Source: a virus. Taken from it: DNA of 64,000 bases. The DNA lies in IMG/VR virus record IMGVR_UViG_3300044655_001360; one strand, written 5' to 3'. Positions 1-10,353 of this stretch are shown here, piece after piece. The translations under genes and the position numbers were made by a program. Position 1 is the stretch's first letter; each line of letters opens with the position of its first letter. The notes beneath the pieces were generated by a model. The model was given only the letters and a program-made list of their open reading frames with translations. It ran no database searches and was not told the DNA's origin.

Positions 1-1023
1 GGTAAAATTAATTCGGGTGTAAACTTAAACAACCCAGTTACTATATTAGACAAAGCTAACTTCCATGGTGGTTTACCAGTATTTTCAGGAACAGCAACTG
101 CTGCAACTCAGTTAATTGTTGGAAAAGAAACTGTTGAATCTTCTAAGTTCTTACGTACTGATAAAATTAACAACACCGAGTATGCAATTAACATTAAACA
201 TAACGATGGACTTGCAATTGGTACTGATAGAAATCTAATAGTTACGTATAGTGCTAGTACAAAAGCTGCTGCTTTATACAATAGCAGTGAAGGTAGCATC
301 GAATTACAAACCAAAATCGACCATGCACCAAAAACCGTATTAAAAGTTACTGGTACAACAGTCGGAATTAATACCGAACACCCAGCTGCTGAATTGGATG
401 TAACTGGAAATGCTAAAGTAAGTGGAAAACTAACAATTGCTGGAATTAATGGTGATGGCCTTGATATTACCGGTAAAGTGACAAAAGGGTTAATCGTAGA
501 TCAAACGCAAAAAGATAGTGTTCTACCTACTGATACGATATTAATGTATCGTGATGGCGATTATTTGAGCAAAACTACAGTCGCTAATCTTTTAGCAAGT
601 GTACAACCTCAACAGCAAGTATCAAACGCGTTGCCTGCTAGAAAAACCCTACAACAAACTACTACCAATCTAGCAGCTGGTGCTTCTATTAAGTTAACAT
701 TACCTGGTGGATATAAAGGATACGCATTGTATTCGATTAATGTATCATCCTCTGCGTGGGTTAGAGTTTATACAACCAGCACTGATGCAACTTCATTTGC
801 CGAAGTGAATCGAGTAGAAGGAACACCAGCAGCAGCAAATTCAGGGGTTGTTGCGGAGATATCAACTACTACTGATAACGAAACCATCAAATTTACACCT
901 GCACTAATCGGGTATAATTCCGAAACAAACCCAAATAATGATGTTGTTATACGATTGAAAAATAAAGGTGCATCTGCAGTGGATATTACCGTTAAGTTAA
1001 CTATTTTACAATTGGAGGCATAA
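1..1023 (+). CDS. Tail fibre/baseplate-associated structural protein, 5'-truncated by the window edge
   Basis: Frame 1 is open from base 1 and continuous with ORF 394..1023. T/G/N-rich fibre-like sequence (VGINTEHPAAELDVTGN motif), followed by paralogous fibre genes. Confidence 0.65.
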   Translation, partial: GKINSGVNLNNPVTILDKANFHGGLPVFSGTATAATQLIVGKETVESSKFLRTDKINNTEYAINIKHNDGLAIGTDRNLIVTYSASTKAAALYNSSEGSIELQTKIDHAPKTVLKVTGTTVGINTEHPAAELDVTGNAKVSGKLTIAGINGDGLDITGKVTKGLIVDQTQKDSVLPTDTILMYRDGDYLSKTTVANLLASVQPQQQVSNALPARKTLQQTTTNLAAGASIKLTLPGGYKGYALYSINVSSSAWVRVYTTSTDATSFAEVNRVEGTPAAANSGVVAEISTTTDNETIKFTPALIGYNSETNPNNDVVIRLKNKGASAVDITVKLTILQLEA

Positions 1024-1026
1024 TCA

Positions 1027-2223
1027 ATGGCTTATACTATTAATGTAGCAGGAAACCAAGACATTATTGTTAATGACGGTACTGTTGATAAAGATTCTAC
1101 CGATTTAACCCTAATTGGTAAAAACTATTCTGGGTTTGGTCAGTCATTAAATGAGAATTTCATAAAGCTATTGGAAAACTTCTCATCTGATGAAGCTACA
1201 CCAGTTAACCCAATCACCGGACAACTCTGGTATGATAAAAAAATAGCAAAACTAAAAGTGTATAGCGGAACCGCGTTTGTACCAGTTAGTTCTACTACAG
1301 TAGCCGCACAGCAACCACTTAACATGGGTGTTGGTGATATGTGGTATAATACAACTACTAAACAATTAAACTTCTGGGATGGTAGTTCTATTATCTTATT
1401 AGGACCAACTTATACTTCAACCCAAGAAAAAAGTGGATTTGCAGTATACACGGTAAAAGATAACGTTGGGCAAGATAAAGTTATCACCTGTATCTATAAC
1501 AATGGTTTACTAGCTGGATTATTTGCAAATGAATCATTTACACTTCAAGACCCAACAATTATCACTGGATATTCACCAGATGGTATTATTCGTGCTGGAT
1601 TTAACCAAGGTACAATTCCAAATTTTAAGTTTAACGTTAATGCAGTAGATTCAGAAAAGCTAGGTGGTAATCCAGAATCAGCTTATATCAGAAGTGGTCG
1701 TGATGGTATTTTAGATCATCGTTTATATATCGACAGCAATGATGGCTTGTCTATTAAAATGGGTAACTTGAATATCGATTCAAATGCAGTTGTTTTGGAA
1801 AATACATTTTCTAATCAACCTCTCAAGTTAAAAGCTAAACATAGTAATACTATGGATACTGCGATTGATATACAACCTGGTAGTAGAACGGTGTATATTG
1901 GCAGTTCTGATGTACCCTATCAACTGAATTTGTATCAAGACCCAGTAATTAATAGCAGTGTCACTAATAAGACATACGTTGATCGTGAAATTTTAAAAAG
2001 AACAATGCTGTTGAGTATTATAGTAGATAACAGCACATCTGATTCTCAGCTTTTAAATATTGTTACCAAAATGGCACCTCTTGATAATCATTATCCAACA
2101 GATACCGCATTTAGACTACTTTGTTCACCTGCTAATCCAAGTGCACAAAAAACAATCAGAGTTTATCGAATAAACAGTTCTGGTATTTGGGAGTTCCGCC
2201 CATTAGAAACTGTGACAGTATAG
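1027..2223 (+). CDS. Baseplate/short tail fibre protein
   Basis: N-terminal 'DGTVD..TDLTLIGKNYSGFGQ..NENF..LLENF...P..P..GQLWYD' module is shared with the next two ORFs and is typical of jumbo myophage fibre proteins. Confidence 0.7.
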   Translation: MAYTINVAGNQDIIVNDGTVDKDSTDLTLIGKNYSGFGQSLNENFIKLLENFSSDEATPVNPITGQLWYDKKIAKLKVYSGTAFVPVSSTTVAAQQPLNMGVGDMWYNTTTKQLNFWDGSSIILLGPTYTSTQEKSGFAVYTVKDNVGQDKVITCIYNNGLLAGLFANESFTLQDPTIITGYSPDGIIRAGFNQGTIPNFKFNVNAVDSEKLGGNPESAYIRSGRDGILDHRLYIDSNDGLSIKMGNLNIDSNAVVLENTFSNQPLKLKAKHSNTMDTAIDIQPGSRTVYIGSSDVPYQLNLYQDPVINSSVTNKTYVDREILKRTMLLSIIVDNSTSDSQLLNIVTKMAPLDNHYPTDTAFRLLCSPANPSAQKTIRVYRINSSGIWEFRPLETVTV

Positions 2224-2236
2224 GAGCCAATGAATA

Positions 2237-3997
2237 ATGTCTTACCCAATCAATAAATCAAACGGCGATCCGCTTGTTACGTTAGAAGATGGTCAACTTA
2301 ATACCGATACCAGCGTTGGTTTAGTCGGTCGTAATTACGTCGGTTATGGCGAAATACAAAATGAAAACTTCTTACATTTACTTGAAAACTTTGCAAGTAG
2401 TGGACCACCAACTAAACCAATCAGTGGACAACTTTGGTTTAATACTTCACAGAAAATACTAAACATCTACGATGGGTCAGTTAAATCATGGAACCCAGTT
2501 GGTGGTTCTGCTACGGTAGCACAGGCATCACCTAACACACCATCAGCTGGTCAACTCTGGTATAATTCCAAAAACAATCAACTTAATGTCTATACTGGAT
2601 CTAGTTGGGTAGTTGTTGGCCCAGAAGCAATTGCAGATTTTGGTGAAACTAAAGCCAAAGCCTCTGTGTTATTGGATACAACTAATACAAAAAGACCTGT
2701 TGTTTTATTAGTAGTTAATAATAAGGTAATAGCTGTTATTGCAACCGATACCTTTAGAATAAATTCGTCCAATTCGATCAATGGTTTTGAAAGCATTGTT
2801 CCAGGTATCAATATATCAACAACCGTTGAATTTAATGGTACCTTGAACGGAACTGCCGATTATGCAAATAGATTAACCAGAGCAGCAAGAATCAATAATG
2901 TTGGTTTTGATGGTGCGGCTGATATTACAGTAAAAGCAAGTACATCAAAATCGTTAAAGATAGGCAATTATCTTTTAGGTAGTGATTTTGATGGTTCTGC
3001 TGAAGTTACTTTAGCTGTTAAAGCAGGTACTGCTAATACACCGAATACACTTGTTGCACGAGATGCATCTGGTAACTTTGTTGCCAATGAAATCACTGCT
3101 ACCTTAAAAGGTCAAGTAAATGCACCTTCTGGAACTAGCACGTTTGATAATATCACCTTTAATTCTATTACTGGTAATGGTGTTATTCAAGGAACAACTT
3201 CTTCTGCTAGCAGATTAAATCCAGGTGCAAGAATCAACGGTGTATTATTTGATGGATCTGCGGATAAGTTAATTCCTGCTGATGCTAATACCTTAACTGG
3301 TACCAATATAAATGCAACTGTAGTTGATTCAAGTTTACGAACTGTTGGTGTCTTACAATCTTTAAATGTAGGTGATGCTACACGTAAATTAACTGTAAAT
3401 CTAGTATCAAATGTACCAACAATAAGTGCATCTACCGGTAAATTGACAATCACAGCTGGTTCAACTGGTTCAGCTTTGACATTCTTGGATTCTGCGCAGT
3501 CAACTGCTGCAGGGTTGTCGAAAGTTTCAATTATACCGTCAGCTGATACTAACTTAGGCTCTTCTACTAATAAGTTCAATGAGATTCATGCAACTGAATT
3601 TAAAGGCGTTGCAACATCTGCATATTATGCTGATTTGGCAGAATGTTATGTATCAGATGAAGATTATAAAGCAGGTACAGTTGTTCAATTTGGTGGTGAT
3701 TATGAAGTAACCATTGCTAGAAATAAAACATCAAAGGTTGCAGGAGTTGTGTCAACTAATCCAGCATATTTGATGAATTCATTACAAGAAGGCGAACATG
3801 TAGTTGCGGTTGCATTACAAGGTAAAGTACCATGTAGAGTTGCAGGTTATGTGTCTAAAGGTGACATGATGGTTAGTGGAGGACAAGGATATGCTATGTC
3901 ATGCGATAATCCAACAATTGGTACCGTCATTGGCAAGGCGTTGGAGGATTTTCATGGTGAATTCGGCGTAATTAACATTGTTGTTGGTCGAGTATAG
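2237..3997 (+). CDS. Tail fibre protein with C-terminal intramolecular chaperone (peptidase G2/IMC-like) domain
   Basis: Same N-terminal module, 'ARINxVxFDGsaD' fibre repeats, and C-terminal 'YADLAE.Y...GTVV..GG..EVT...GVVSTNPAYLMN...G.VP'. Confidence 0.75.
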   Translation: MSYPINKSNGDPLVTLEDGQLNTDTSVGLVGRNYVGYGEIQNENFLHLLENFASSGPPTKPISGQLWFNTSQKILNIYDGSVKSWNPVGGSATVAQASPNTPSAGQLWYNSKNNQLNVYTGSSWVVVGPEAIADFGETKAKASVLLDTTNTKRPVVLLVVNNKVIAVIATDTFRINSSNSINGFESIVPGINISTTVEFNGTLNGTADYANRLTRAARINNVGFDGAADITVKASTSKSLKIGNYLLGSDFDGSAEVTLAVKAGTANTPNTLVARDASGNFVANEITATLKGQVNAPSGTSTFDNITFNSITGNGVIQGTTSSASRLNPGARINGVLFDGSADKLIPADANTLTGTNINATVVDSSLRTVGVLQSLNVGDATRKLTVNLVSNVPTISASTGKLTITAGSTGSALTFLDSAQSTAAGLSKVSIIPSADTNLGSSTNKFNEIHATEFKGVATSAYYADLAECYVSDEDYKAGTVVQFGGDYEVTIARNKTSKVAGVVSTNPAYLMNSLQEGEHVVAVALQGKVPCRVAGYVSKGDMMVSGGQGYAMSCDNPTIGTVIGKALEDFHGEFGVINIVVGRV

Positions 3998-4038
3998 ACC
4001 CTAAATACTACTAAATATATTCCCACGGAGTCCAAGTA

Positions 4039-5895
4039 ATGGCATACACAGTAAACAAATACAATGGTGATGTGATTGCAACCGTACTAGATGGTACAGT
4101 CGATCACACTACCGATTTAACTTTTATCGGTAAGAACTACGCAGGTTATGGAGATGTTCAGAACGAAAACTTCTTACATCTACTTGAAAACTTTGCAAAT
4201 ATAACCGAACCACCAAAACCAGTAGAAGGTCAGATTTGGTACGACAAAACATCCAAAGTTTTGAAATTCTACAATGGACTGCGTTTTAAAGCATCTGCAG
4301 TTGAATATGGCCCAACTATACCAACTGATCCATCACTTGGAGATTTATGGTTGGATTCAGTATTAAACAAATTATATTCATATACTGGATCTGGTGAGCG
4401 AAGTGGGTTTCATTTGGTTGGTCCTGATAATAATACAAGTCATACTTCACTTCAGGTAAGAACGATTCGTGATACAACAAGTGCTGACTCAGTGCATGAT
4501 ATCGTTCAAATTATTGCAAATGATGTGGTAGTTGCTATCTTTAATAGTGATGATGCGTTTGATGTGGTTGAAACCGACCCAATTGATGCAAGAGACCCTG
4601 ATGCATTTAGATCAATCAAAAAAGGTATTACACTACGTCACACCAATGCAAGTGGTGCTAGTTACTCAGTGGGTAATCCATGGCAATTCTGGGGTACTGC
4701 ATCTGATGCAAATACATTAGGTGGCGTTTCCTCTAATTTATTTGCGTTAACTACTGGTGCGACGTTTACTGGAGTTACTGATTTTAATGCTGGTTTAACT
4801 GTAAAATTGTTGACAGTTTCTGAAGATGTCAATAATAACACTGTATTTGCAAAAACTGGTGCGAATCCAATCAAGTTTACCGTTAATTCGTTATCCAATT
4901 TGGTTATTTCTTCAACATCAGTTGCACCTGACACAAATGCCACCTTGAATACTGGTACAATTGATTTAGGAACTTCGACTGCTAAATGGAAAGATATTTG
5001 GGCTAGTGGCACGGTCTCGGCAAACGCATTCTCTGGGGCTTTAACTGGTAATGTAAAAGATTCAACTGGTGCAGTCTTATTAGATAATACTGCTAAAATG
5101 TTCAAAGGTAGTATTAAAGCATCAGATGATACAACATTATTAGATAATACATCTAAAACGTTTAAAGGTAGTATTAAAGCATCTGATGATTCACCAGCAT
5201 ACGATTATACAACAAAAACTTTTACGGGTACATTAGTTGGTAGTTCAACCACTACAACTTCATTAAAAAAACAAACAACTGAAACTGCAGGTACTTCAGA
5301 TAGTTTCCTACCAGCAATTACAGAATTAGCATACACGGTAGTTGTTAGAGATGCCGATGGTAAAATCAACGTTGGTGCTATTGGTGGTAATGCTGAAGGT
5401 GCTAAAACACTATACCTACCAGGTGTTAATCTTTATAAACCTGCTGATATTGCTACAACCGCAAGCACTATTGCTGCTAGAGATACCAATGGAAATCTTG
5501 CAGCTGTTGAATTCAAAGGTACTGCATCATCGGCATACTATGCAGACTTAGCAGAAAAATACGTAGCAGATGCTGAATATGAAACAGGAACAGTGGTTGT
5601 TGTTGGCGGTTCTGAAGAAGTAACAGCGTGTTCAGTTGGTGGTTTTGCGATTGGTGTTGTTAGTAAAAACCCGGCATATATGATGAATAGTGGATTAGCT
5701 AACGGTACTTATATTGCTCTAAAAGGACGAGTTCCAACAAAAGTAGTTGGTGCGGTTAATAAAGGTGACAGATTGATTGCCGCTGCCGATGGGTGTGCAA
5801 CTGCCAATAACAGCACAGCCAACCATTGTTTTGGTATTGCTTTAGAAAGCAGTTCTGATATAGCAGTTAAATTAGTTGAAGTTTTGGTATTATAG
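4039..5895 (+). CDS. Tail fibre protein with C-terminal IMC-like domain
   Basis: Paralogue of 2237..3997 at both ends (NENFLHLLENF; YYADLAEKY). Preceded by CTAAATA late-promoter-like motifs at 4001 and 4011. Confidence 0.75.
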   Translation: MAYTVNKYNGDVIATVLDGTVDHTTDLTFIGKNYAGYGDVQNENFLHLLENFANITEPPKPVEGQIWYDKTSKVLKFYNGLRFKASAVEYGPTIPTDPSLGDLWLDSVLNKLYSYTGSGERSGFHLVGPDNNTSHTSLQVRTIRDTTSADSVHDIVQIIANDVVVAIFNSDDAFDVVETDPIDARDPDAFRSIKKGITLRHTNASGASYSVGNPWQFWGTASDANTLGGVSSNLFALTTGATFTGVTDFNAGLTVKLLTVSEDVNNNTVFAKTGANPIKFTVNSLSNLVISSTSVAPDTNATLNTGTIDLGTSTAKWKDIWASGTVSANAFSGALTGNVKDSTGAVLLDNTAKMFKGSIKASDDTTLLDNTSKTFKGSIKASDDSPAYDYTTKTFTGTLVGSSTTTTSLKKQTTETAGTSDSFLPAITELAYTVVVRDADGKINVGAIGGNAEGAKTLYLPGVNLYKPADIATTASTIAARDTNGNLAAVEFKGTASSAYYADLAEKYVADAEYETGTVVVVGGSEEVTACSVGGFAIGVVSKNPAYMMNSGLANGTYIALKGRVPTKVVGAVNKGDRLIAAADGCATANNSTANHCFGIALESSSDIAVKLVEVLVL

Positions 5896-5904
5896 GATAT
5901 TAAT

Positions 5905-8900
5905 ATGTCAACTCAAATTACAATCAATAGATACAATACTTTACAATCAGCAATAAATGAAATTCTAGGAACCGGTGCTACTGGATATGGGCAAGTTTTA
6001 AAAAGTTCACAGTTATCAATTCCAAGTGGTACCAGTAGATTGATTTATGCACAAGATGTTAACAACTTAGTTGCTGATTTGCGTAGAATACTACAACATC
6101 AAGATGGTGTTGATTATTCTACTAATATACCAACGGTTACCGCTGGTACAACAAAAGCAGCTGAAACAACATATGTAAATTTAGAAACTTACTTAGCACA
6201 AGCAACTACTAATCGTTGGAAAATGTCAGGTGATGCTTCGCAGTCAGCTACTGTTACTGGTGTTACAACACAAAGAACAACTAATTGGAATAGTGAAATA
6301 TACCATGAAGCAGTTGCAAATTTTAGTTCAGAATTGAATGCAAAGTATTTCTTTAATGCTGGTGGCGAGCTGATTGTGTCAACTTCAATGACTGGACAAT
6401 CTGGTGATAAAAGTAATGCATGGGCGCAGATGTTAAATTCAGTTGGTAATGTGACGATGAATTATACCACTACGTCAACTGGTACTAGTGTTTCTCAGAT
6501 TGGATTTAACGATTTGACTTCTGCATATCAGCTGTTGTATTCAGGGGCATGTAGTGCACCTTATACTACCAATACTTATACAGTGTCTGCTAAAAAAGAT
6601 GGTCAGTTTGTGTATTTTAAAATGACATATACAGATGCTGTCTCCGGTACACCAGATGAATTAATCAATGGTACTATTACAAGCACTGTGAAATATAGAG
6701 GTGCAGTCGGCGCAAGTGTCGTAGCACCCGTACCAACTATCACGACATTAAATGGCCTAGATTCTGGTGGTGTATCACAAGGATATACAGTATTATTATC
6801 TCCAAATTCAGTATCAGAAGGTAATGACATTCATGTTACCATTAGTTCATATCCACCAGTAGCCAGTGTCTGGTATGAAATTACAGGTGATGGACCAGGT
6901 GTTACGGTTGATGATTTCGATGATGGTAAAGTGAAAGAAAGTAAAACATTAACAAACGGTGGAATTCAATTTAATAAAGCGGTAGCAGTTGATGTATTAT
7001 CAGATTCATCAAACGTCACGATGAAGCTATATGATAAAGATCCAGCGATACCAGGCGCAGTTTTACTTAAAACCAGTAATACAATTTTGATAAATGACGG
7101 TAATCTTGATTTAACGCTATCGTTGGTTTCACCACTTACTCCAGTATTAGACGAATCAAGTAATAATATTGGTAATTTTGCAGTGGTTGGAACTGGTTTA
7201 CCAGCCACGACAACTGCTACTTGGACTGCAACTGGAACTGGAGCGACACATTTAACTAAAACAACCGATACGTTCACGATTAGTGGTGGTTCTGGAACCT
7301 TTGCAGTAACCGTTAGTCCAGATCATAAAACAACTGGCGATTTACCAGTGCAGGTTAAAGTATCTATTGGTGCAATCCAATCTAATACTATAGATTTAAC
7401 TATTAATGATACTTCTAAGCCAATTATAACGTATCATTCAACGAAAGATCCAGATTTTGGACTCTCTGCGTTTACATACGACGCGGATTTGTATTTCACG
7501 ATCACTGGTGGACCTCCAGGTGGTACATTCACGTTTACTCGTGATACCAATGAAACACCGGTGACTTATACATTGGGTAATACTGGTATATTCCCGCATG
7601 GTAGTTTTGATAATAAGATCGCTGCACTGACTTCACCTGGAACATTACACACAAAAATTGTATTTGCTGGTGAATCCCATGATTACCTACATGATATCGC
7701 ATTCACGAATGATGTTCAGGAAATAACAATACCATCGATACCCCCAGATATTACTAGTGGAAAAACATTACAAATTGATTTTTCATTGTCAAAATGCTAT
7801 ACACCTGCGATTATCAATTGGGAATTGATTGCACCAATTCCACCAATTCCAAATGGTATATACAAATCCGGTACTACAACAACTAGTGGTACTATAACAA
7901 CTACTGTAAACACTGGTAATGGTCTTGGTAGCCTTATATTAGAAGCTAATAGTGCAACGGTGGTCAAAGGAACTTCATTTACTGTTAAGTTTACGTTGAG
8001 TACACTTACCACAATTAATGCAACTACATCTGCTATTCGAATTATTGACGCGTTCCCATACACGACAAATGTCGATGCCCAAGTATTCTTACCAACGTTA
8101 GCTTCTGCTGTTACTATTAAAGCACGCGGTGGTGCTGGTGGTGGCGGTGGCCGTGATGGTAGCAATGGTGATGGTGGTGACGGTGCTTCAGCAAATACTA
8201 TCATAACAAAAGAACCAGTTGGTTCTGTTAGAACATTATCGGCTGTTATCGGTAAAGGTGGGAATCCAGGTACATCGAATGCAACTTCTGCTGGTGGTGG
8301 ATTGGGCGGTACTGGCTACAAAAAAGGTGGCGATGGTGGTGCGGTTCGTAATGATAATACTAGCGGTGGTGGTGCTGGTGGTGGTGGAGCGACAGCCGTT
8401 TCAGCTGATACTACCGTTTTAGTGGTTGCTGGTGGTGGAGGCGGTGGTGCCGGTGGTAGTTTGGATAGAGACGGAATAGACGCAACCGGTACAAATACCA
8501 CCGTTACTGTTTTAACAGGAACTGATGGTATTGCAGGTGACGGTGGTGGAAGCGGTGACGGTGGTGGTGCAGGTGGTAGTGGTGGTTTTGTCACAACTAT
8601 TGGAACTAACCTTAAAGGTGCTGATAGTAGCAGAAGTGCGACTGCTGGAACATCTGGTAACATTGCGTATAATAACTCACAACCAGCTGTGACCGGCACA
8701 CCTATTATATTATTAAATTCCTATACTGGTGGTTTGGGAGCTACTACTAAAATAGCAAGTACTGCTGGGTTAGACGGTGAAGTAACTATTTACGTTCAGC
8801 CAATGGCGCCTCAATATCCAGTCGCCGAATTACATCTAGGGTTGTCTGGTGCGGAAGAGTATTATATCAATGCCGATACACCATTAAAAGATGGTTCTGC

Positions 8901-10344
8901 ACCTGTTGATAATTACACAGTTACTGGTAGTAGTCCAGTAAACGGTGTTATTTCTGATACTGGTGCACTACCGATGACTGATTTCACATTTACTACCGGA
9001 CAACGTGCTGCGTTCAAAATAGCTGCAAATAACGTTTTTGGTAAAGGTGTCGAAATAGCAGTGCCAGTTCAAACGTTTAAAATAACAGACAACACAACGT
9101 TAGGTTCGAATATCGGGATTTCAGCTGCGATGTCTGGAGATGGTAATTATTTGGTAGTTGGCGCACCGTATGCTAATACTAAAGGATGCGCCTATGTGTA
9201 TCAGAGAAGTGGAAATAGATGGATTCAATCGGATATTTTGTTTGGGTTTGACACGGTTTCAGGTGATAGATTTGGTTATTCCGTCGATATTTCATATGAT
9301 GGTAGTAGAGTTATCGTTGGGTCTCCTGATAAAGCATTTATTGTTGGTGGAACGTCTTATCCAAAAACTGGAGCAGCCCATATATTCTTACGACTTCCTT
9401 CTGGGAAATACCTCGAAGAAGTTTTCTTAGAAAGCGGGAATAGTGATCACGATTTAACACCAATCGACAAACCAAATGATTTCTTCGGTACAGATGTGAA
9501 AATAAGTAGTGATGGAACCGTGGTGTTAATTGGTGCACCAGGTGATGATAGTGGTTCTACCTATAGTATTGGTTATATATGGCACTATTATATTAATTCA
9601 ACGACAAATTCATGGGCTGGCGTTTCTGGTACCACCGGTTCGAATTATTTACCAACTGGTGCTACTGAAGCACAGGCGTTGCACGGTTCATCGTTAGCAA
9701 TATCGTCAAATATGTTAGTTTGCGCTGAAGGCGCACCAGGCGATAATAACAAAGGTTGGTTTGCATCTGTATCTGTTGATTTGAACAATGCCGGTACGGT
9801 TTGTCTATTTAAAAGATCAAGCACGGCTGCTAAAACTTGGTCTGCGTTGAAAACTTACATGTATTCACCAACCCCGATTATTGACGGAAACTTTGGTTCA
9901 AGCATAGCATTAAATTCTACTGGTACTATATTAGTTGTTGGTGCACCTGGTGAATCTGCTTTTGGATTAGCCAAAGCTGGTGTAGTTCATATATTTGCTG
10001 GTTCTGGTACTGTTTGGGATATTCAAGCGAAATTAACCGCATCTGATGCACAAGCAGGTGCTAATTTTGGAACATCAGTATCTATCAATGACGCTGGTGA
10101 TGTCATATTAGTTGGTGCAAATAACGCGACTGCTGGTGGTAGAACTGGGTCTGGTATAGTTTATAAATATGTGAAAACTGGAACTACTTGGATTCAGGAT
10201 GCGATTATTACACCGTATGACAAAGCAGCAACCGATGCATTTGGTACTTCAGTTTCATTGAATTCAACTGGTGATTTGGCAGTTATCGGTGCACCAAACA
10301 CAGACCCAACGAAAGCAGGTGCTGCATACACCTTCCAAATTTAG
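5905..10344 (+). CDS. Large virion structural/adhesin protein: phage N-terminal domain, Ig-like segments, Gly-rich region, C-terminal FG-GAP propeller
   Basis: Gly-rich stretch at about aa 740-900 and repeated 'FGxSVxIsxdG..vvVGAP' FG-GAP motifs in the last ~420 aa. Confidence 0.7.
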   Translation: MSTQITINRYNTLQSAINEILGTGATGYGQVLKSSQLSIPSGTSRLIYAQDVNNLVADLRRILQHQDGVDYSTNIPTVTAGTTKAAETTYVNLETYLAQATTNRWKMSGDASQSATVTGVTTQRTTNWNSEIYHEAVANFSSELNAKYFFNAGGELIVSTSMTGQSGDKSNAWAQMLNSVGNVTMNYTTTSTGTSVSQIGFNDLTSAYQLLYSGACSAPYTTNTYTVSAKKDGQFVYFKMTYTDAVSGTPDELINGTITSTVKYRGAVGASVVAPVPTITTLNGLDSGGVSQGYTVLLSPNSVSEGNDIHVTISSYPPVASVWYEITGDGPGVTVDDFDDGKVKESKTLTNGGIQFNKAVAVDVLSDSSNVTMKLYDKDPAIPGAVLLKTSNTILINDGNLDLTLSLVSPLTPVLDESSNNIGNFAVVGTGLPATTTATWTATGTGATHLTKTTDTFTISGGSGTFAVTVSPDHKTTGDLPVQVKVSIGAIQSNTIDLTINDTSKPIITYHSTKDPDFGLSAFTYDADLYFTITGGPPGGTFTFTRDTNETPVTYTLGNTGIFPHGSFDNKIAALTSPGTLHTKIVFAGESHDYLHDIAFTNDVQEITIPSIPPDITSGKTLQIDFSLSKCYTPAIINWELIAPIPPIPNGIYKSGTTTTSGTITTTVNTGNGLGSLILEANSATVVKGTSFTVKFTLSTLTTINATTSAIRIIDAFPYTTNVDAQVFLPTLASAVTIKARGGAGGGGGRDGSNGDGGDGASANTIITKEPVGSVRTLSAVIGKGGNPGTSNATSAGGGLGGTGYKKGGDGGAVRNDNTSGGGAGGGGATAVSADTTVLVVAGGGGGGAGGSLDRDGIDATGTNTTVTVLTGTDGIAGDGGGSGDGGGAGGSGGFVTTIGTNLKGADSSRSATAGTSGNIAYNNSQPAVTGTPIILLNSYTGGLGATTKIASTAGLDGEVTIYVQPMAPQYPVAELHLGLSGAEEYYINADTPLKDGSAPVDNYTVTGSSPVNGVISDTGALPMTDFTFTTGQRAAFKIAANNVFGKGVEIAVPVQTFKITDNTTLGSNIGISAAMSGDGNYLVVGAPYANTKGCAYVYQRSGNRWIQSDILFGFDTVSGDRFGYSVDISYDGSRVIVGSPDKAFIVGGTSYPKTGAAHIFLRLPSGKYLEEVFLESGNSDHDLTPIDKPNDFFGTDVKISSDGTVVLIGAPGDDSGSTYSIGYIWHYYINSTTNSWAGVSGTTGSNYLPTGATEAQALHGSSLAISSNMLVCAEGAPGDNNKGWFASVSVDLNNAGTVCLFKRSSTAAKTWSALKTYMYSPTPIIDGNFGSSIALNSTGTILVVGAPGESAFGLAKAGVVHIFAGSGTVWDIQAKLTASDAQAGANFGTSVSINDAGDVILVGANNATAGGRTGSGIVYKYVKTGTTWIQDAIITPYDKAATDAFGTSVSLNSTGDLAVIGAPNTDPTKAGAAYTFQI

Positions 10345-10353
10345 GTAATACTC

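Noticed and set aside
5077-5190. Internal ~60-bp tandem duplication in a tail fibre (LLDNT.K.FKGSIKASDD x2)
   Set aside because: Real, but an ordinary fibre-shaft repeat.
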